A stretch of 64,000 nucleotides of DNA from an uncultured Alphaproteobacteria bacterium (GTDB taxonomy: Bacteria > Pseudomonadota > Alphaproteobacteria > Rhizobiales > Xanthobacteraceae): the NCBI GenBank assembly GCA_963807665.1, contig CAWEDE010000028.1, positions 11,357 to 75,356 of the forward strand, given 5' to 3'. The notes below the pieces were generated by a model that saw nothing but the letters and a program-made list of their open reading frames with translations, made no database searches and was not told the origin of the DNA. Shown here in pieces: positions 12,008 through 22,669 of the stretch. Positions within the stretch are counted from its first letter, which is position 1; each line of letters opens with the position of its first letter. Made by a program: the position numbers and the translations under genes.

Positions 12008-15000
12008 ATGCTGCAAGGCTGGGTCGTCATCGCGGTGGCGCTTGCCTATATCGGCCTGCTGTTCCTGGTGGCGAGTTATGGGGACCGCACCCTTGGTTTG
12101 CGCCGGGAAGGCCGCGCGCGGCTGCTGATCTATCCACTGTCGCTGGCGATCTATTGCACGTCATGGACCTTCTTCGGTTCGGTCGGCTCGGCCTCGCGCA
12201 CCGGCTACGAGTTCGTCACCATCTATATCGGACCGATGCTGATGATCGGCCTGTTCTCGCCGCTATTGCTGCGCATCGTGCGGCTGGCCAAATCCCAGAA
12301 CATCACCTCGATCGCCGACTTCATCGCCGCGCGCTACGGCAAGGGCCAGGCGGTGGCGGCTATGCGTCGCGCTGATCGCGATTGTCGGCACGATTCCCTA
12401 CATCGCGTTGCAGCTCAAAGCGGTGTCGTCCTCGCTCGAAACCATCCTCGCGCATATCACGCCGGTCGCCGATATCACGCGGCCACTGCTCGGCGACATC
12501 GCGCTGTTCGTCGCGATGTCGATGGCGACCTTCGCGGTGCTGTTCGGCACCCGCCATATCGACGCCACCGAACATCAGGACGGCCTGATGCTGGCGATCG
12601 CGACCGAGTCGATCGTCAAGCTGTTCGCGTTCCTGGCGGTCGGCATTTTCGTGACTTTCTGGATGTTCGGCGGCCCCGGCGCGCTGTTCGAAGCCGCGCG
12701 GCAAAGTTCGCAGGCTTCTGGATTGTTCACGCGCGAGCCGCCGTTCGACACGCTGGTCGCGACGACGCTGTTGTCGTTCGTCGCGATCATCCTGCTGCCG
12801 CGGCAATTCCATGTCGCGGTGGTCGAGAACCACAACGAGCGCGAGATCAAGCGCGCCGCCTGGATGTTTCCGCTCTATCTCGTGCTGATCAATCTATTCG
12901 TGGTGCCGATCGCCGTCGCCGGCCTGCTCACCTTCCCGGCCGGCAAAGTCGACAGCGACATGTTCGTGCTGGCGCTGCCGCTGCATACCGGATCCAACAT
13001 TCTGACCATCGCGGCCTTTATCGGCGGGCTGTCGGCGGCCACCGCCATGGTGATCGTGGAATCGGTCGCGCTGTCGATCATGGTGTCGAACGACCTGGTC
13101 ATGCCGCTGGTGCTGCAACGGCGCGAAGCGCTGCTCGGCGGCCGCGGACAATGTCGGCTCGCTGCTGCTCACGGTGCGGCGGCTGGCGATCTTCGCCATC
13201 CTGCTGCTGGCCTATCTCTATTACCGCTCGGCCGGCGAGGCGCAGCTCGCCGCGATCGGCCTGCTGTCGTTCGCGGCGATCGCGCAACTGGCGCCGGCGT
13301 TTTTCGGCGGCCTGTTCTGGCGGCGCGCCACCGCCGCCGGCGCCATCGCCGGCATGAGCGCCGGCATCTTGGTCTGGGCCTATACGCTGCTGCTGCCGAG
13401 CTTTCGCCGATATCGGCTTCATCGGCCAGCACATCCTCACCGACGGGCCGTGGGGCATCGCCATGCTGCGGCCGCAACATCTGTTCGGGCTGGAACTGCC
13501 GCCGCTGGTGCATGGCGTGGTCTGGAGCCTGACGGTCAATGTCCTAGCCTATATCGGCTTCTCGCTTGCGCCGCGAGCCCGACCGCGATCGAGCGGCTGC
13601 AGGCCAATACTGTTCGTGCCGTCGGATCTTGCGCCGATTGCGCCGAGTTTCCGGCTGTGGCGCTCCTCGGTGACGGTCGAAGAACTCACCAGCACGGTCG
13701 CGCGCTATCTCGGCGAGGAGCGCACCCGCACCGCGCTCGAAAGTTTCGCCGCGACCGCACAGCATCGCCTGGAGCCCGAGGGCGAGGCCGATTTCCGGCT
13801 GGTGCGCTATGCCGAGCATATTCTGGCCTCGGCGATTGGCGCGCGCGTCATCGCGGCTGGTGCTTTCGCTGCTGTTGCGCAAGCGCACGGTCTCGACCAA
13901 GGCGGCGTTAAAGCTGTTCGACGACGCCAATGCCGCGATCCAGTACAACCGCGAAATTCTGCAGACCGCGCTCGATCACGTGCGTCAGGGCATCGCGGTA
14001 TTCGACAAGGACTTGCAGCTGATCTGCTGGAACCGGCAGTTCGGCGAAATCCTCGATCTGCCGCCAAGCCTGATCCGCGTCGGCTCCGGACTTGCCGATA
14101 TCCTGCGCTTCAACAGCAAGCGCGGCAATATCGGCGCCGACCGGACCGAAGACTATTTGGCACGCGCAGATCGAGCGTTATGTTTCCGGCAGCGCGCCGT
14201 TCCTGGAGCGCTTCGCCGAGGGCATGGTGATCGAGGTGCGCGCCAACCGCATGCCGGACGGCGGCATCGTCACCACTTTCACCGACATCACGCCCAGCGT
14301 CGAGGCGGCCGAGGCCTGGAGCGGTCGAACGAAACGCTGGAGCGGCGCGTGCGCGAGCGCACCGAGGAACTCACGCTGCTCAACGCCGCGCTCGCACGTG
14401 CCAAGGGCGAGGCCGACGCCGCCAATATTTCCAAGACCAAGTTCCTGGCGGCGGCAAGCCACGACATCCTGCAGCCGCTCAACGCGGCGCGGCTCTATGT
14501 CACCAGCCTGATCGAGCGCAGGCGGCGGCGACGACCGGCGGCTGATCGGCAATATCGACGCCTCGCTCGAAGCGGTGGAGGAGATTTTCGGCGCGCTGCT
14601 CGACATGTCGCGGCTCGATACCGGCGCGATGCGGCCGGAATTCGCCAGTTTCCGCATCGACGAACTGATGCGCCAGATCGAACTCGAATTCGCGCCGCTC
14701 GCGGCCGCAAAGGGCATCGAGCTCAATTATGTGCCCTGCTCGCTGGTGGTGCGGTCGGACCGCCGGCTGCTGCGACGGCTGGTGCAAAATCTGGTGTCCA
14801 ACGCCATCAAGTATACTCCAACCGGCCGCGTGCTGATCGGCTGCCGGCGGCATGGCGAGAACCTGCGCATCGATGTCTACGATACCGGCGTCGGCATTCC
14901 GGAATCGAAGCAGCGCGATATTTTCGTCGAATTTCACCGTCTCGAGCAGGGCGCCCGGATTGCGCGCGGGCTCGGCCTGGGACTTTCGATCGTGGAGCGC

Positions 15001-15528
15001 GTGGCGCGCGTGCTCGGCGGCGCCATCGAACTGCATTCGGCGGCTGGCCGCGGCTCGCATTTTGCGATTCGCGTGCCGCGTTCCAATGCCGCCCCGGTCG
15101 AACTGCCGGCGCGCGACGACACGCGTATCGATCCCGGCCAGCTCGCCGGCACCACGGCGCTCTGCATCGACAACGAACCCTCGGTGCTCGACGGCATGGA
15201 GACGCTATTACAAGGCTGGGGTTGCGCGGTGATCAAGGCGCCCGACCTCGATATCGCGCTGGCGGCGGTTGCCGAAAGCCGGGTCATGCCGAACGGGTTG
15301 CTGATCGACTACCATCTCGACCAAGGCAATGGCATCGAGGCGATTGTCGCGCTGCGCGCGCGCTGCGGCGACTTACCGGCGATCCTGATCACCGCCGACC
15401 GTTCGCCGGCCGTGCGCGAGCAGGCCCGCGCCGAAGGCATTCAGGTGCTGAACAAGCCGATCAAGCCGGCGGCCTTGCGCGCCTTGTTGGCGCAATGGCG
15501 TATGCTGCGGGTGGCGGCGGCGGAGTAG
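12008..15528 (+). CDS. Hybrid sensor histidine kinase with SLC5 (Na+/solute symporter) domain, PAS, HisKA/HATPase and REC (CrbS/PrlS-like); several frameshifts
   Basis: LAIYCTSWTFFGSVG, SIADFIAARYGK, LPRQFHVAVVEN, SHDILQPLNAA (H box), NLVSNAIKYT, GLGLGLSIV, and a C-terminal receiver, spread across 6+ ORF pieces. Confidence 0.88.
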
Positions 15529-15532
15529 CCGG

Positions 15533-15612
15533 TGTCGTCCCCGCGAAGGCGGGGACCCAGTACATACAGACAGATCACTGGCTACTGGATTCCCGCTTTC
15601 GCGGGAATGACA
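15533..15612. repeat. Inverted dimer of REP-like palindromes (GTCRTYCCCGCGAARGCGGGRAYCCA type)
   Basis: tgtcgtccccgcgaaggcggggacccagta...tactggattcccgctttcgcgggaatgaca between convergent genes; a related copy lies at 49099-49177. Confidence 0.85.
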
Positions 15613-15632
15613 GCAGAAAAGCGGTCGCTAAA

Positions 15633-16322
15633 TTATTGTTCCGCGTTCGCGCCTTGCGGCCAATGGCCGGCTTCGATCTTGGCGGCGGCAATCACGGCCT
15701 GCGTGCGGCTCTCGACGCCGAGTTTCTGCAATATAGCCGAGACATGCGCCTTCACCGTCGCCTCGGAGACGCTGAGCTGGTAGGCGATCTGCTTGTTGAG
15801 CAGACCCTCGGACAACATCATCAGCACGCGGACCTGTTGCGGCGTCAGGGTCGCCATCCGCCCCATTAATTCGGCGGTCTCGGCATCCGCGCCGGCGCCG
15901 AGATCGACATCGGGCGGCGTCCACACGCCGCCGCTCAATATACGCGAGACCGCGGCGCGCATGGCGTCAACGCCGAGCGTCTTGGGAATAAAGCCGGAGG
16001 CACCGAAACCCATGCAGCGGCGAATGGTGGCCGGATCGTCATTGGCCGAGACCACGATCACAGGCACGCTGGGATATTGCGCGCGCATATACATGAGGCC
16101 TGAAAAGCCGCGCACGCCCGGCATCGCCAGATCCAGCAAGACCAGATCGATATCGTTGCTGCCGCGATCGAGCAATTCGACCACATCGTCGAAAGTGCCG
16201 GCCTCGGCGATGTCCACCTTCTCCAGCAGACCGGACACCGCCTCGCGCAAAGCTCCGCGGAACAGCGGATGGTCGTCGGCGATCAACAAACGGTATTGAA
16301 CAACGTCATTCAACAGGAACAA
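15633..16322 (-). CDS. NarL/LuxR family response regulator (CrbR/PrlR-like, likely partner of the adjacent kinase)
   Basis: IADDHPLFRGALR, LLDLAMPG, LTPQQVRVL...LLNKQIAY.L..SEATVKAHVS. Confidence 0.88.
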   Translation of the reverse strand: MFLLNDVVQYRLLIADDHPLFRGALREAVSGLLEKVDIAEAGTFDDVVELLDRGSNDIDLVLLDLAMPGVRGFSGLMYMRAQYPSVPVIVVSANDDPATIRRCMGFGASGFIPKTLGVDAMRAAVSRILSGGVWTPPDVDLGAGADAETAELMGRMATLTPQQVRVLMMLSEGLLNKQIAYQLSVSEATVKAHVSAILQKLGVESRTQAVIAAAKIEAGHWPQGANAEQ

Positions 16323-16489
16323 TCCTTCGGCTCGCGCGGCCCCGCGGTTATAGGCAGCTTACGCTCGCCCAACCATCCCGCATAATGCGCCGCAGCAATG
16401 ACATGCAGCAAGAGGCAGCGGCGAGGCTGTAAAAACACCTTTATTTTCAGCCTATTCCTATACGGCAACCACCGGGCCGCCGGAACTTG

Positions 16490-16951
16490 TCACGCCCTAC
16501 TGCCGATAAATTGGAAGATCACCTCGCGGCTGTGCGCCTTGCGGCGGTGCTCGACCAAATAAAGGCCCTGCCAGGTGCCAAGCGCCAGTCTGCCGCCGGT
16601 GACGGGCACATGCAGCGAAACGCCGTTGAGCATGGCTTTCACGTGGGCCGGCATGTCGTCCGGCCCCTCGATATCGTGAATCCAGTGTGCGTCTTCCGGC
16701 GCTAGCCGATCGAGCGCGCTGACAAGATCGGCCTGCACGTCGGGATCGGCATTTTCCTGGATGGTGAGGGAAGCCGACGTGTGGCGCAGATAGGCCAGCA
16801 ATATCCCCTCGCCAGCGCCGGCCTGCGCCATAAAATTCGCGGCATGCGACGTGATTTCGGTAAAGCCGGCGCCCGGCGTCTCGATCTGCAACGTCGCTGT
16901 CGCGATCAATTGCGGGACTGTTTCGGTAATGGCGGATAATCGGCCTGGCAT
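16490..16951 (-). CDS. YjbQ/UPF0047 family protein
   Basis: HTSASLTIQENADPDV, EGPDDMPAHVK, LGTWQGLYLVEHR. Confidence 0.9.
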   Translation of the reverse strand: MPGRLSAITETVPQLIATATLQIETPGAGFTEITSHAANFMAQAGAGEGILLAYLRHTSASLTIQENADPDVQADLVSALDRLAPEDAHWIHDIEGPDDMPAHVKAMLNGVSLHVPVTGGRLALGTWQGLYLVEHRRKAHSREVIFQFIGSRA

Positions 16952-16965
16952 TGCTGTAGCGCGGA

Positions 16966-17439
16966 TCAACCCTTGCGCATCATGTCTTTCTGGAAATTTA
17001 CGATCATTTCGACCAGGCGGCGCCAAGCGCCTTCGAGTGCGACGCGGGCGCGCTCCATATCCTCACGCATTTCGGCGGCGTCGTCGCGACCGGAAGGCGG
17101 CACGAGATCGGCCGGCGGCCGTGGCGGCGGCTCGCGCAAGGCGGCGACTTCGGCCTTGAGACTGGCGACTTCGTCCTGCAGGCGCGCGATTTCTTTATCG
17201 AGCGCGGCGCGATCTTCCGGCACGATCTGGCAGGCCCAGCCGACACTGTTGGGGCTGCAGAAGGCGATGTGCCCGCTCACATTGTCGAGGCGCAGGAATC
17301 CGTCATCGACGCGGGTGAAGGTGAAACGGCTAGGCCCGTCCGGCGGCGTGGCGTCGGCGTTCTGCGCCAGCGCAGGGGTGCCGGCGCAGGCCAAACCAAT
17401 GGCGATGCCAATCGCGATGGCGAAACTCATTTTCCGCAT
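16966..17439 (-). CDS. Conserved secreted hypothetical protein with coiled coil
   Basis: Signal peptide, DDGFLRLD..SG...C...GWAC...PEDRAAL..EIARLQ, C-terminal AWRRLVEM. Confidence 0.7.
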   Translation of the reverse strand: MRKMSFAIAIGIAIGLACAGTPALAQNADATPPDGPSRFTFTRVDDGFLRLDNVSGHIAFCSPNSVGWACQIVPEDRAALDKEIARLQDEVASLKAEVAALREPPPRPPADLVPPSGRDDAAEMREDMERARVALEGAWRRLVEMIVNFQKDMMRKG

Positions 17440-17716
17440 ACGGCAGTACTCCCGTCCGGCGCTGGACGATGGCGATCCTATCACCCGGCAAAGTTCGGCT
17501 GAACCGTTGCGCCTAGTCTGTCTTGTTGACGGCCATGCCGCAGTGCACACCTGGGCGTTCAAAACAGTTGGAAAATTAGCCGTTTATTCCTTGATATCAA
17601 TAGCTTATGCCGTAAGGCGCGTTTCTTAACTCATAGATATGCGCTCAGTATGGTCCGCGCGACTTTTAGGGCGGCGGAACCAAGCGGAGCCTTTAAAAAC
17701 CACGCGGGTCGAAAGC

Positions 17717-18076
17717 ATGGCTGACGGCACGCGCGGCAAAAAAGACAATCGCAAAGTACCGCCGGACGACGAGGCTGCTCTCTCCGCGAGGCTGCAACGT
17801 CTCGGCGACCGGCTCGCAACGGCGAACCGGCCTTCCGAAAATGACAATGGTCCTCGTCAGGCCGCCGAAGCTTCGGGCTATGCCCGCGGTTTTAGGATGT
17901 CGACCGAGCTGGTGGCAGGTGTCGTCGTGGGCGCGCTGATCGGGTGGTTGCTCGACCGTTGGCTTGGAATTTCGCCCTGGGGACTCATTGTGTTTCTCCT
18001 GCTAGGCTTCGCTGCCGGGGTTCTTAATGTGATGCGGGCGGCAGGTGTCGTTCGTGAAAGACATCTGACCGACTAG
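17717..18076 (+). CDS. atpI: AtpZ/AtpI family ATP synthase accessory protein
   Basis: STELVAGVVVG..IGWLLDRWLG.SPWGLI; first gene of the F0 operon. Confidence 0.85.
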   Translation: MADGTRGKKDNRKVPPDDEAALSARLQRLGDRLATANRPSENDNGPRQAAEASGYARGFRMSTELVAGVVVGALIGWLLDRWLGISPWGLIVFLLLGFAAGVLNVMRAAGVVRERHLTD

Positions 18077-18094
18077 AGCGCACGACCAGGACCC

Positions 18095-18850
18095 ATGGCC
18101 ACCGATCCAATCGAACAGTTCAATATCGTCAATCTGTTTCCGCTCGGCAAGATCGGACACACGGAGATCGCCTTCACCAATTCGGCCGCTTTCATGTTGG
18201 CGGCGGTGGTCTGCATTACGGCCTTCCTGGTGATCGGCAGCGCCGGCCGGCGCTTGGTGCCGTCGCGCCTGCAATCGGCGGCCGAACTGTCCTACGAATT
18301 CGTCGCCAGCACAGTACGCGGCACCGCCGGCTCGGAAGGCATGAAATTCTTTCCGTTCGTATTCACGCTGTTCATGTTCATTCTGACCGTGAACTTCATC
18401 GGCCTCATTCCCTACACGTTCACCGTCACGAGCCACATCATCGTCACCGCGGCGCTCGCCATCACGGTGTTTCTGACCGTGCTGATCTATGGCCTTTACA
18501 GTCATGGGCTGCACTTCTTCAATTTGTTCGTGCCCAAGGGCGTGCCGATCTACATCCTGCCGCTGATCGTGTTCATCGAAGTGCTGTCCTTCGTATCGCG
18601 GCCGATCTCGCACTCGGTGCGTCTGTTCGCCAACATGCTGGCCGGCCACATCACGCTTCAGGTATTCGCCGGCTTCATCATCCTGATGGGCGGCGCCATG
18701 GGCGCGCTGGGCTGGGCCGGCGGCGTGCTACCGTTCGCGATGATCGTCATTCTGATCGCGCTGGAAACCCTGGTGGCATTTCTGCAAGCCTACGTATTCG
18801 CCATTCTAACGTGCATCTACCTCAACGACGCGATTCACCCGGGCCATTAA
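18095..18850 (+). CDS. atpB: F0F1 ATP synthase subunit a
   Basis: [34 protein letters not shown]. Confidence 0.97.
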   Translation: MATDPIEQFNIVNLFPLGKIGHTEIAFTNSAAFMLAAVVCITAFLVIGSAGRRLVPSRLQSAAELSYEFVASTVRGTAGSEGMKFFPFVFTLFMFILTVNFIGLIPYTFTVTSHIIVTAALAITVFLTVLIYGLYSHGLHFFNLFVPKGVPIYILPLIVFIEVLSFVSRPISHSVRLFANMLAGHITLQVFAGFIILMGGAMGALGWAGGVLPFAMIVILIALETLVAFLQAYVFAILTCIYLNDAIHPGH

Positions 18851-18882
18851 GGCCCGACCGTTAAACGCAGAAGGAGTTTGTT

Positions 18883-19110
18883 ATGGATCCAGTGGCAGCA
18901 AAATACATCGGTGCGGGCATTGCCTGTATCGGCATGGGCGGCGCCGGCGTCGGCGTCGGCATCATCTTCGGCAATTATCTGGCGGCCGCCTTGCGCAACC
19001 CGTCAGCCGCGCAAGGCCAGTTCGGCAACCTGATCTTCGGCTTCGCCATCACCGAAGCGCTCGGCATCTTCTCGCTGCTGATCGCGCTCTTGCTGCTGTT
19101 CGCGCTCTAA
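18883..19110 (+). CDS. atpE: F0F1 ATP synthase subunit c
   Basis: GxGxGxG motif, RNP loop, proton-carrying Glu in TEALG; AAGGAG RBS. Confidence 0.97.
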   Translation: MDPVAAKYIGAGIACIGMGGAGVGVGIIFGNYLAAALRNPSAAQGQFGNLIFGFAITEALGIFSLLIALLLLFAL

Positions 19111-19124
19111 CGATCCGACCGACG

Positions 19125-19673
19125 ATGGCAGAACCGGCTCACCATACGAGCGTCGAGCATATTCCGAAGTCCGAGGAAAAAGGCGGCTTTCCGCCTTTCC
19201 AATCGCAGACTTTTGCCTCGCAGCTCATCTGGCTGGTGATCGCCTTCGTCCTGCTCTACGCGCTGATGGCGAAATGGGCGTTGCCGCGCGTCGGCGCCAT
19301 CATCGAGGCCCGGCAAAAGCGCATCGCTGACGACATCGCCGATGCCGGCAAACTTAAGACCCAGTCCGACGAGGCGGTTGCGGCCTACGAAAAGGCGCTG
19401 GCCGACGCCCGCGCCCGCGCGCAGACCATCGCCAACGAGACCCGCGACAAGCAGACAGCGGCGGCCGACGCCCGCCGCAAGACGCTCGAGGGCGAACTCA
19501 ACGCCAAGCTGGCCGAAGCGGAAAAAACCATCGCCACCACCAAAACGGCGGCCATGACCAGTGTCCGCGGCATCGCAGAAGATGCCGCCCGCGCCATTGT
19601 CGAGCGTCTGATCGGTGAGGTGCCAAGCGACAAGGACATCGCTGCCGCCGTCGCCGGCGTGCTGAAGAACTAG
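19125..19673 (+). CDS. F0F1 ATP synthase subunit b'
   Basis: GGFPPF...FASQLIWL TM segment followed by an Ala-rich coiled coil. Confidence 0.92.
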   Translation: MAEPAHHTSVEHIPKSEEKGGFPPFQSQTFASQLIWLVIAFVLLYALMAKWALPRVGAIIEARQKRIADDIADAGKLKTQSDEAVAAYEKALADARARAQTIANETRDKQTAAADARRKTLEGELNAKLAEAEKTIATTKTAAMTSVRGIAEDAARAIVERLIGEVPSDKDIAAAVAGVLKN

Positions 19674-19675
19674 CG

Positions 19676-19722
19676 CGCATGATCCCGAAAAGTGGGAACC
19701 GGTTTTCGGATAAGATCATGCG
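19676..19722. repeat. Rhizobiales short palindromic repeat, copy 1 (CGCATGATCCCGAAAAGTGG..ACCGGTTTTCGGA.AAGATCATGCG)
   Basis: Near-identical copies at 35312-35360 and 41870-41918; terminal CGCATGATC/GATCATGCG inverted repeat. Confidence 0.9.
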
Positions 19723-19731
19723 AAAAGGAAA

Positions 19732-20241
19732 ATGGAACTTCGAATGCTCAGCCACCTGATGATGGAAACCGAGACCTGGGTGGCGCTGGCCTTCGTCTGT
19801 TTCGTGGCCGGCCTCGGCTATATCGGCGTTCACCGGATGATCGGAAAATCCCTCGACGAGCGCGCCGGCCGCATCAAGAATGAACTCGACGAGGCGCGTA
19901 AGCTCAAGGACGAGGCGGCCCAGTTGCTGGCCGACTATCAACGCAAGCGGCAAGAGGCCGAAGGCGAGGCCCAGGAGATCATCTCCGGCGCCAAGGCTGA
20001 GGCCGAACGGCTCGCCGTCGAGTCCAAGGCCAAAATCGAGGAATTCGTGGCTCGGCGCACCAAGATGGCCGAGACCAAGATCGCCCAGGCCGAGGCGCAA
20101 GCCACCGCCGACGTTCGCAGCGCCGCCGCCGAAGCAGCCGTCGCCGCCGCCGAGAAAATCCTCACCGCCGAGACCAAGGGCAAGCTCGCCAATGAGCTGA
20201 TCGCCAAGGGTATTGAGGACGTTCGCAAAAAGCTGAATTAG
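19732..20241 (+). CDS. atpF: F0F1 ATP synthase subunit b (start may be slightly downstream)
   Basis: [10 protein letters not shown] segment, [16 protein letters not shown] coiled coil. Confidence 0.92.
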   Translation: MELRMLSHLMMETETWVALAFVCFVAGLGYIGVHRMIGKSLDERAGRIKNELDEARKLKDEAAQLLADYQRKRQEAEGEAQEIISGAKAEAERLAVESKAKIEEFVARRTKMAETKIAQAEAQATADVRSAAAEAAVAAAEKILTAETKGKLANELIAKGIEDVRKKLN

Positions 20242-20542
20242 CCGGCCTAGTTAGCCGCCAATAACCGGCGTGCGAGCGCCGCTTTGCGGCTTGGACTTTT
20301 GCCCGTGCGGCATTTAGCCCCGATCGGCCAGATGCGGTGTTATCCCCACCATTAAGGCGAGTTATGCAAAAGATACCGGTTTTAGCCTGTGGTCTTTGCC
20401 TACCTCCCCGCGCGGGCCTATCCTTGGCAACGCTAATTCGCCCGTAATATTGGGCCGGATTGTTCGCGTCGCTGATTCGTCACCAGTGTTGTTGCTTGCT
20501 TGCGTGCTGGCCGGAAGAACCGGCCGAAGCATCGGTGAAACC

Positions 20543-21199
20543 GTGGTTATTTTCGATTGCAACGGCGTGCTCGTCGACAGCGAGACGCTTGCAACATCCA
20601 TCGTATCGCAGGAGTTCATGCGCGCCGGTTTCGCGCTGACGCCGGATATTGTTGCGCGCTACTTCACCGGGCGGCGTCCGGCCGACATGTTCGCCGATGT
20701 GGAGCAGGCTTCCGGCCGCAAGCTGCCGCCGGATTTCGCCGCCACCGTTACCAGCGCCACGCTGCGCCGTTTCCGCGTCGAACTGCGCGCCAGCAAACAC
20801 GCAAGCTACGCGCTGTCCTGGCTGCGCGGCCCGAAATGCGTGGCCTCCTCGTCCTCGCTCGACCGCATCCGCGTCAGCCTGGAAACCACCGACCTGATCC
20901 GCTTCTTCGAGCCTAATTTGTTTTCGGCCGGCGATGTGCGCAACGGCAAGCCGGCACCCGACTTGTTCCTGCATGCCGCCGGCAAGATGCGGGTGCAGCC
21001 GCGCGATTGCATCGTGGTCGAAGATTCACCGGTTGGCGTCGCCGCTGGCGTCGCCGCCGGCATGACGGTAATCGGTTTTGTCGGCGGCAGCCATGCCGGC
21101 GGCCATCTCGGCAATCATCTGCGCGCGGCCGGCGCCAGCACCGTGATTTCCGATCTGCGCGCGCTCAAGAGCTCCATCATCGATCTCAGAGGCTGGTAG
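20543..21199 (+). CDS. HAD-IA family hydrolase (start uncertain, possibly GTG at 20535 with a frameshift)
   Basis: IFDCNGVLVDSE, VASSS, GKPAPDLFL, VEDSPVGV. Confidence 0.85.
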   Translation: MVIFDCNGVLVDSETLATSIVSQEFMRAGFALTPDIVARYFTGRRPADMFADVEQASGRKLPPDFAATVTSATLRRFRVELRASKHASYALSWLRGPKCVASSSSLDRIRVSLETTDLIRFFEPNLFSAGDVRNGKPAPDLFLHAAGKMRVQPRDCIVVEDSPVGVAAGVAAGMTVIGFVGGSHAGGHLGNHLRAAGASTVISDLRALKSSIIDLRGW

Positions 21200-21203
21200 C
21201 GCG

Positions 21204-21291
21204 CCGGGGCCGTTCAAAATTCAGAATGTTTGAGGGTCTCGGGTCTGCTGCGCACTATTCGCTTCGCTCATACTGCTCAGCGCCCGGGACA
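21204..21291. repeat. Partial GTCCCGG-type palindromic repeat between convergent genes
   Basis: gtctcgggtctgctgcgcac...tgctcagcgcccgggaca resembles the right arm of the element at 43394-43525. Confidence 0.6.
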
Positions 21292-21299
21292 AAAGCGCC

Positions 21300-21953
21300 T
21301 CAACTTTGCTTGGGCTTGGCAGCGCGTTTTGGCTTCGGCTTGACCACGGGCATTTTCTTTTCCGGCGCCGGAGTCATCGCATCGAAGCCGACATAGATCA
21401 CATAGGCATCGATGTCCGCCAGCCTGGCCGGCAACGGGAAGGTGATGTCGGGTTCGACATGGGTAAAGACGACGCGGTCTATCGCGGCGGTTACCGTCAC
21501 CGTCTCCCGAGCGAATTTCGACACGATGGTTTTCGGGTTCACGCCTTCCTGCACCACCGCGATGCGTATCGGCACGTCCACCGTGCCGGGGCCACCGGCC
21601 GGACCGGTGATGATGCGGCCCTCGATGCCGACCTTGATGGTCATGACTCCGGCATTCACTTTGCACTCGCGCGCGGTGCGGATGATGGTGCCTTGATAGC
21701 GCACGTCCAGTGCGGCCGGCTCGCCCTCGGCTCCCGGCTTGCTGCCGATGATCAGGGTCGCTGCGCCGGTGCGCACATCGACGCTGGGGCATTCGACATC
21801 CGTTTCAGTCGCTTTGGCGTCGTCGCCGGTCGTTGCCTTCGACGAGGACTTGAAGAGGTCCAACGACGATGAGCCGAGCAAATTGGTGCCGCAGCCGCCC
21901 AGGGCCAGCGTCAAACTCAACAGCGCGGCTATATTTGTGCCGGTTCGCATCAT
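21300..21953 (-). CDS. Conserved lipoprotein
   Basis: Lipobox LGGC; CPSVDVRTGA, YQGTI..TAREC, GRII.GPAG motifs. Confidence 0.75.
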   Translation of the reverse strand: MMRTGTNIAALLSLTLALGGCGTNLLGSSSLDLFKSSSKATTGDDAKATETDVECPSVDVRTGAATLIIGSKPGAEGEPAALDVRYQGTIIRTARECKVNAGVMTIKVGIEGRIITGPAGGPGTVDVPIRIAVVQEGVNPKTIVSKFARETVTVTAAIDRVVFTHVEPDITFPLPARLADIDAYVIYVGFDAMTPAPEKKMPVVKPKPKRAAKPKQS

Positions 21954-22058
21954 ATTCTTGGCTTCGCCCCCACGCATTTTCTGGCTCAGTTTCTTGGAAC
22001 TGGACCGCTTATAGCAAATCAAGCGTGGCAACCCCATGGCAAGGTGACCTACGGCGGC

Positions 22059-22643
22059 TCAGGCGAAATCTTCGTTAAGCTGGGCATATAACAGGTGGTC
22101 CTGCCAGGCCCCGTCGATGCACAGATAGCCGCGGGCATAACCCTCGCGCGTGAAGCCGGTCTTTTCCAACAGGCGGATCGAGGCCGAATTGGCCGGAATA
22201 CAGGCCGCCTCAACCCGGTGTAGCCGCAGCGAGCGGAAGCAGAACGGGATCAAGGCGCGCACCGCCTCGGTCATATAGCCTTTGCGCGCGAACGGCGCGC
22301 CGATCCAATAGCCGATGGAGCCCGCCTGCGCGACGCCGCGGCGGATATTGGCGAGCGTCAGGCCGCCGACCAGGGCATTGTCGTCGCTGCGGAAAATCAG
22401 GAAGGCATAGGCCAGATCGCTGCGCTGATCGTCGGCATAGCGCTTGAGGCGGCGGCGGAACGCACCGCGCGTCAAATCGTCGGCCGGCCAGGTCGGCTCC
22501 CAGGGCGTGAGGAAGCTTCGGCTGCCTTCCCGCAACGCGGCCCATTCGGCGTGGTCACCGCTTTGCGGCACGCGCAGCGTGACCCCGGCGCCGGGGATGG
22601 CCGGAAAGGTTTCGCTGAAACTGACCGTGCGGAAAAACGCCAT
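22059..22643 (-). CDS. RimJ-like GNAT N-acetyltransferase
   Basis: FLTPWEPTW, GSIGYWIG, LHRVEAAC.P.N..S..LLEK.GF..EG. Confidence 0.9.
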   Translation of the reverse strand: MAFFRTVSFSETFPAIPGAGVTLRVPQSGDHAEWAALREGSRSFLTPWEPTWPADDLTRGAFRRRLKRYADDQRSDLAYAFLIFRSDDNALVGGLTLANIRRGVAQAGSIGYWIGAPFARKGYMTEAVRALIPFCFRSLRLHRVEAACIPANSASIRLLEKTGFTREGYARGYLCIDGAWQDHLLYAQLNEDFA

Positions 22644-22669
22644 GGCTATGTTAGCCGAGCATTACCCAA

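Noticed and set aside
17591-17600. TTGATATCAA as an FNR/FixK box upstream of the atp operon
   Set aside because: It lacks the required 4-nt spacer (TTGAT-N4-ATCAA).
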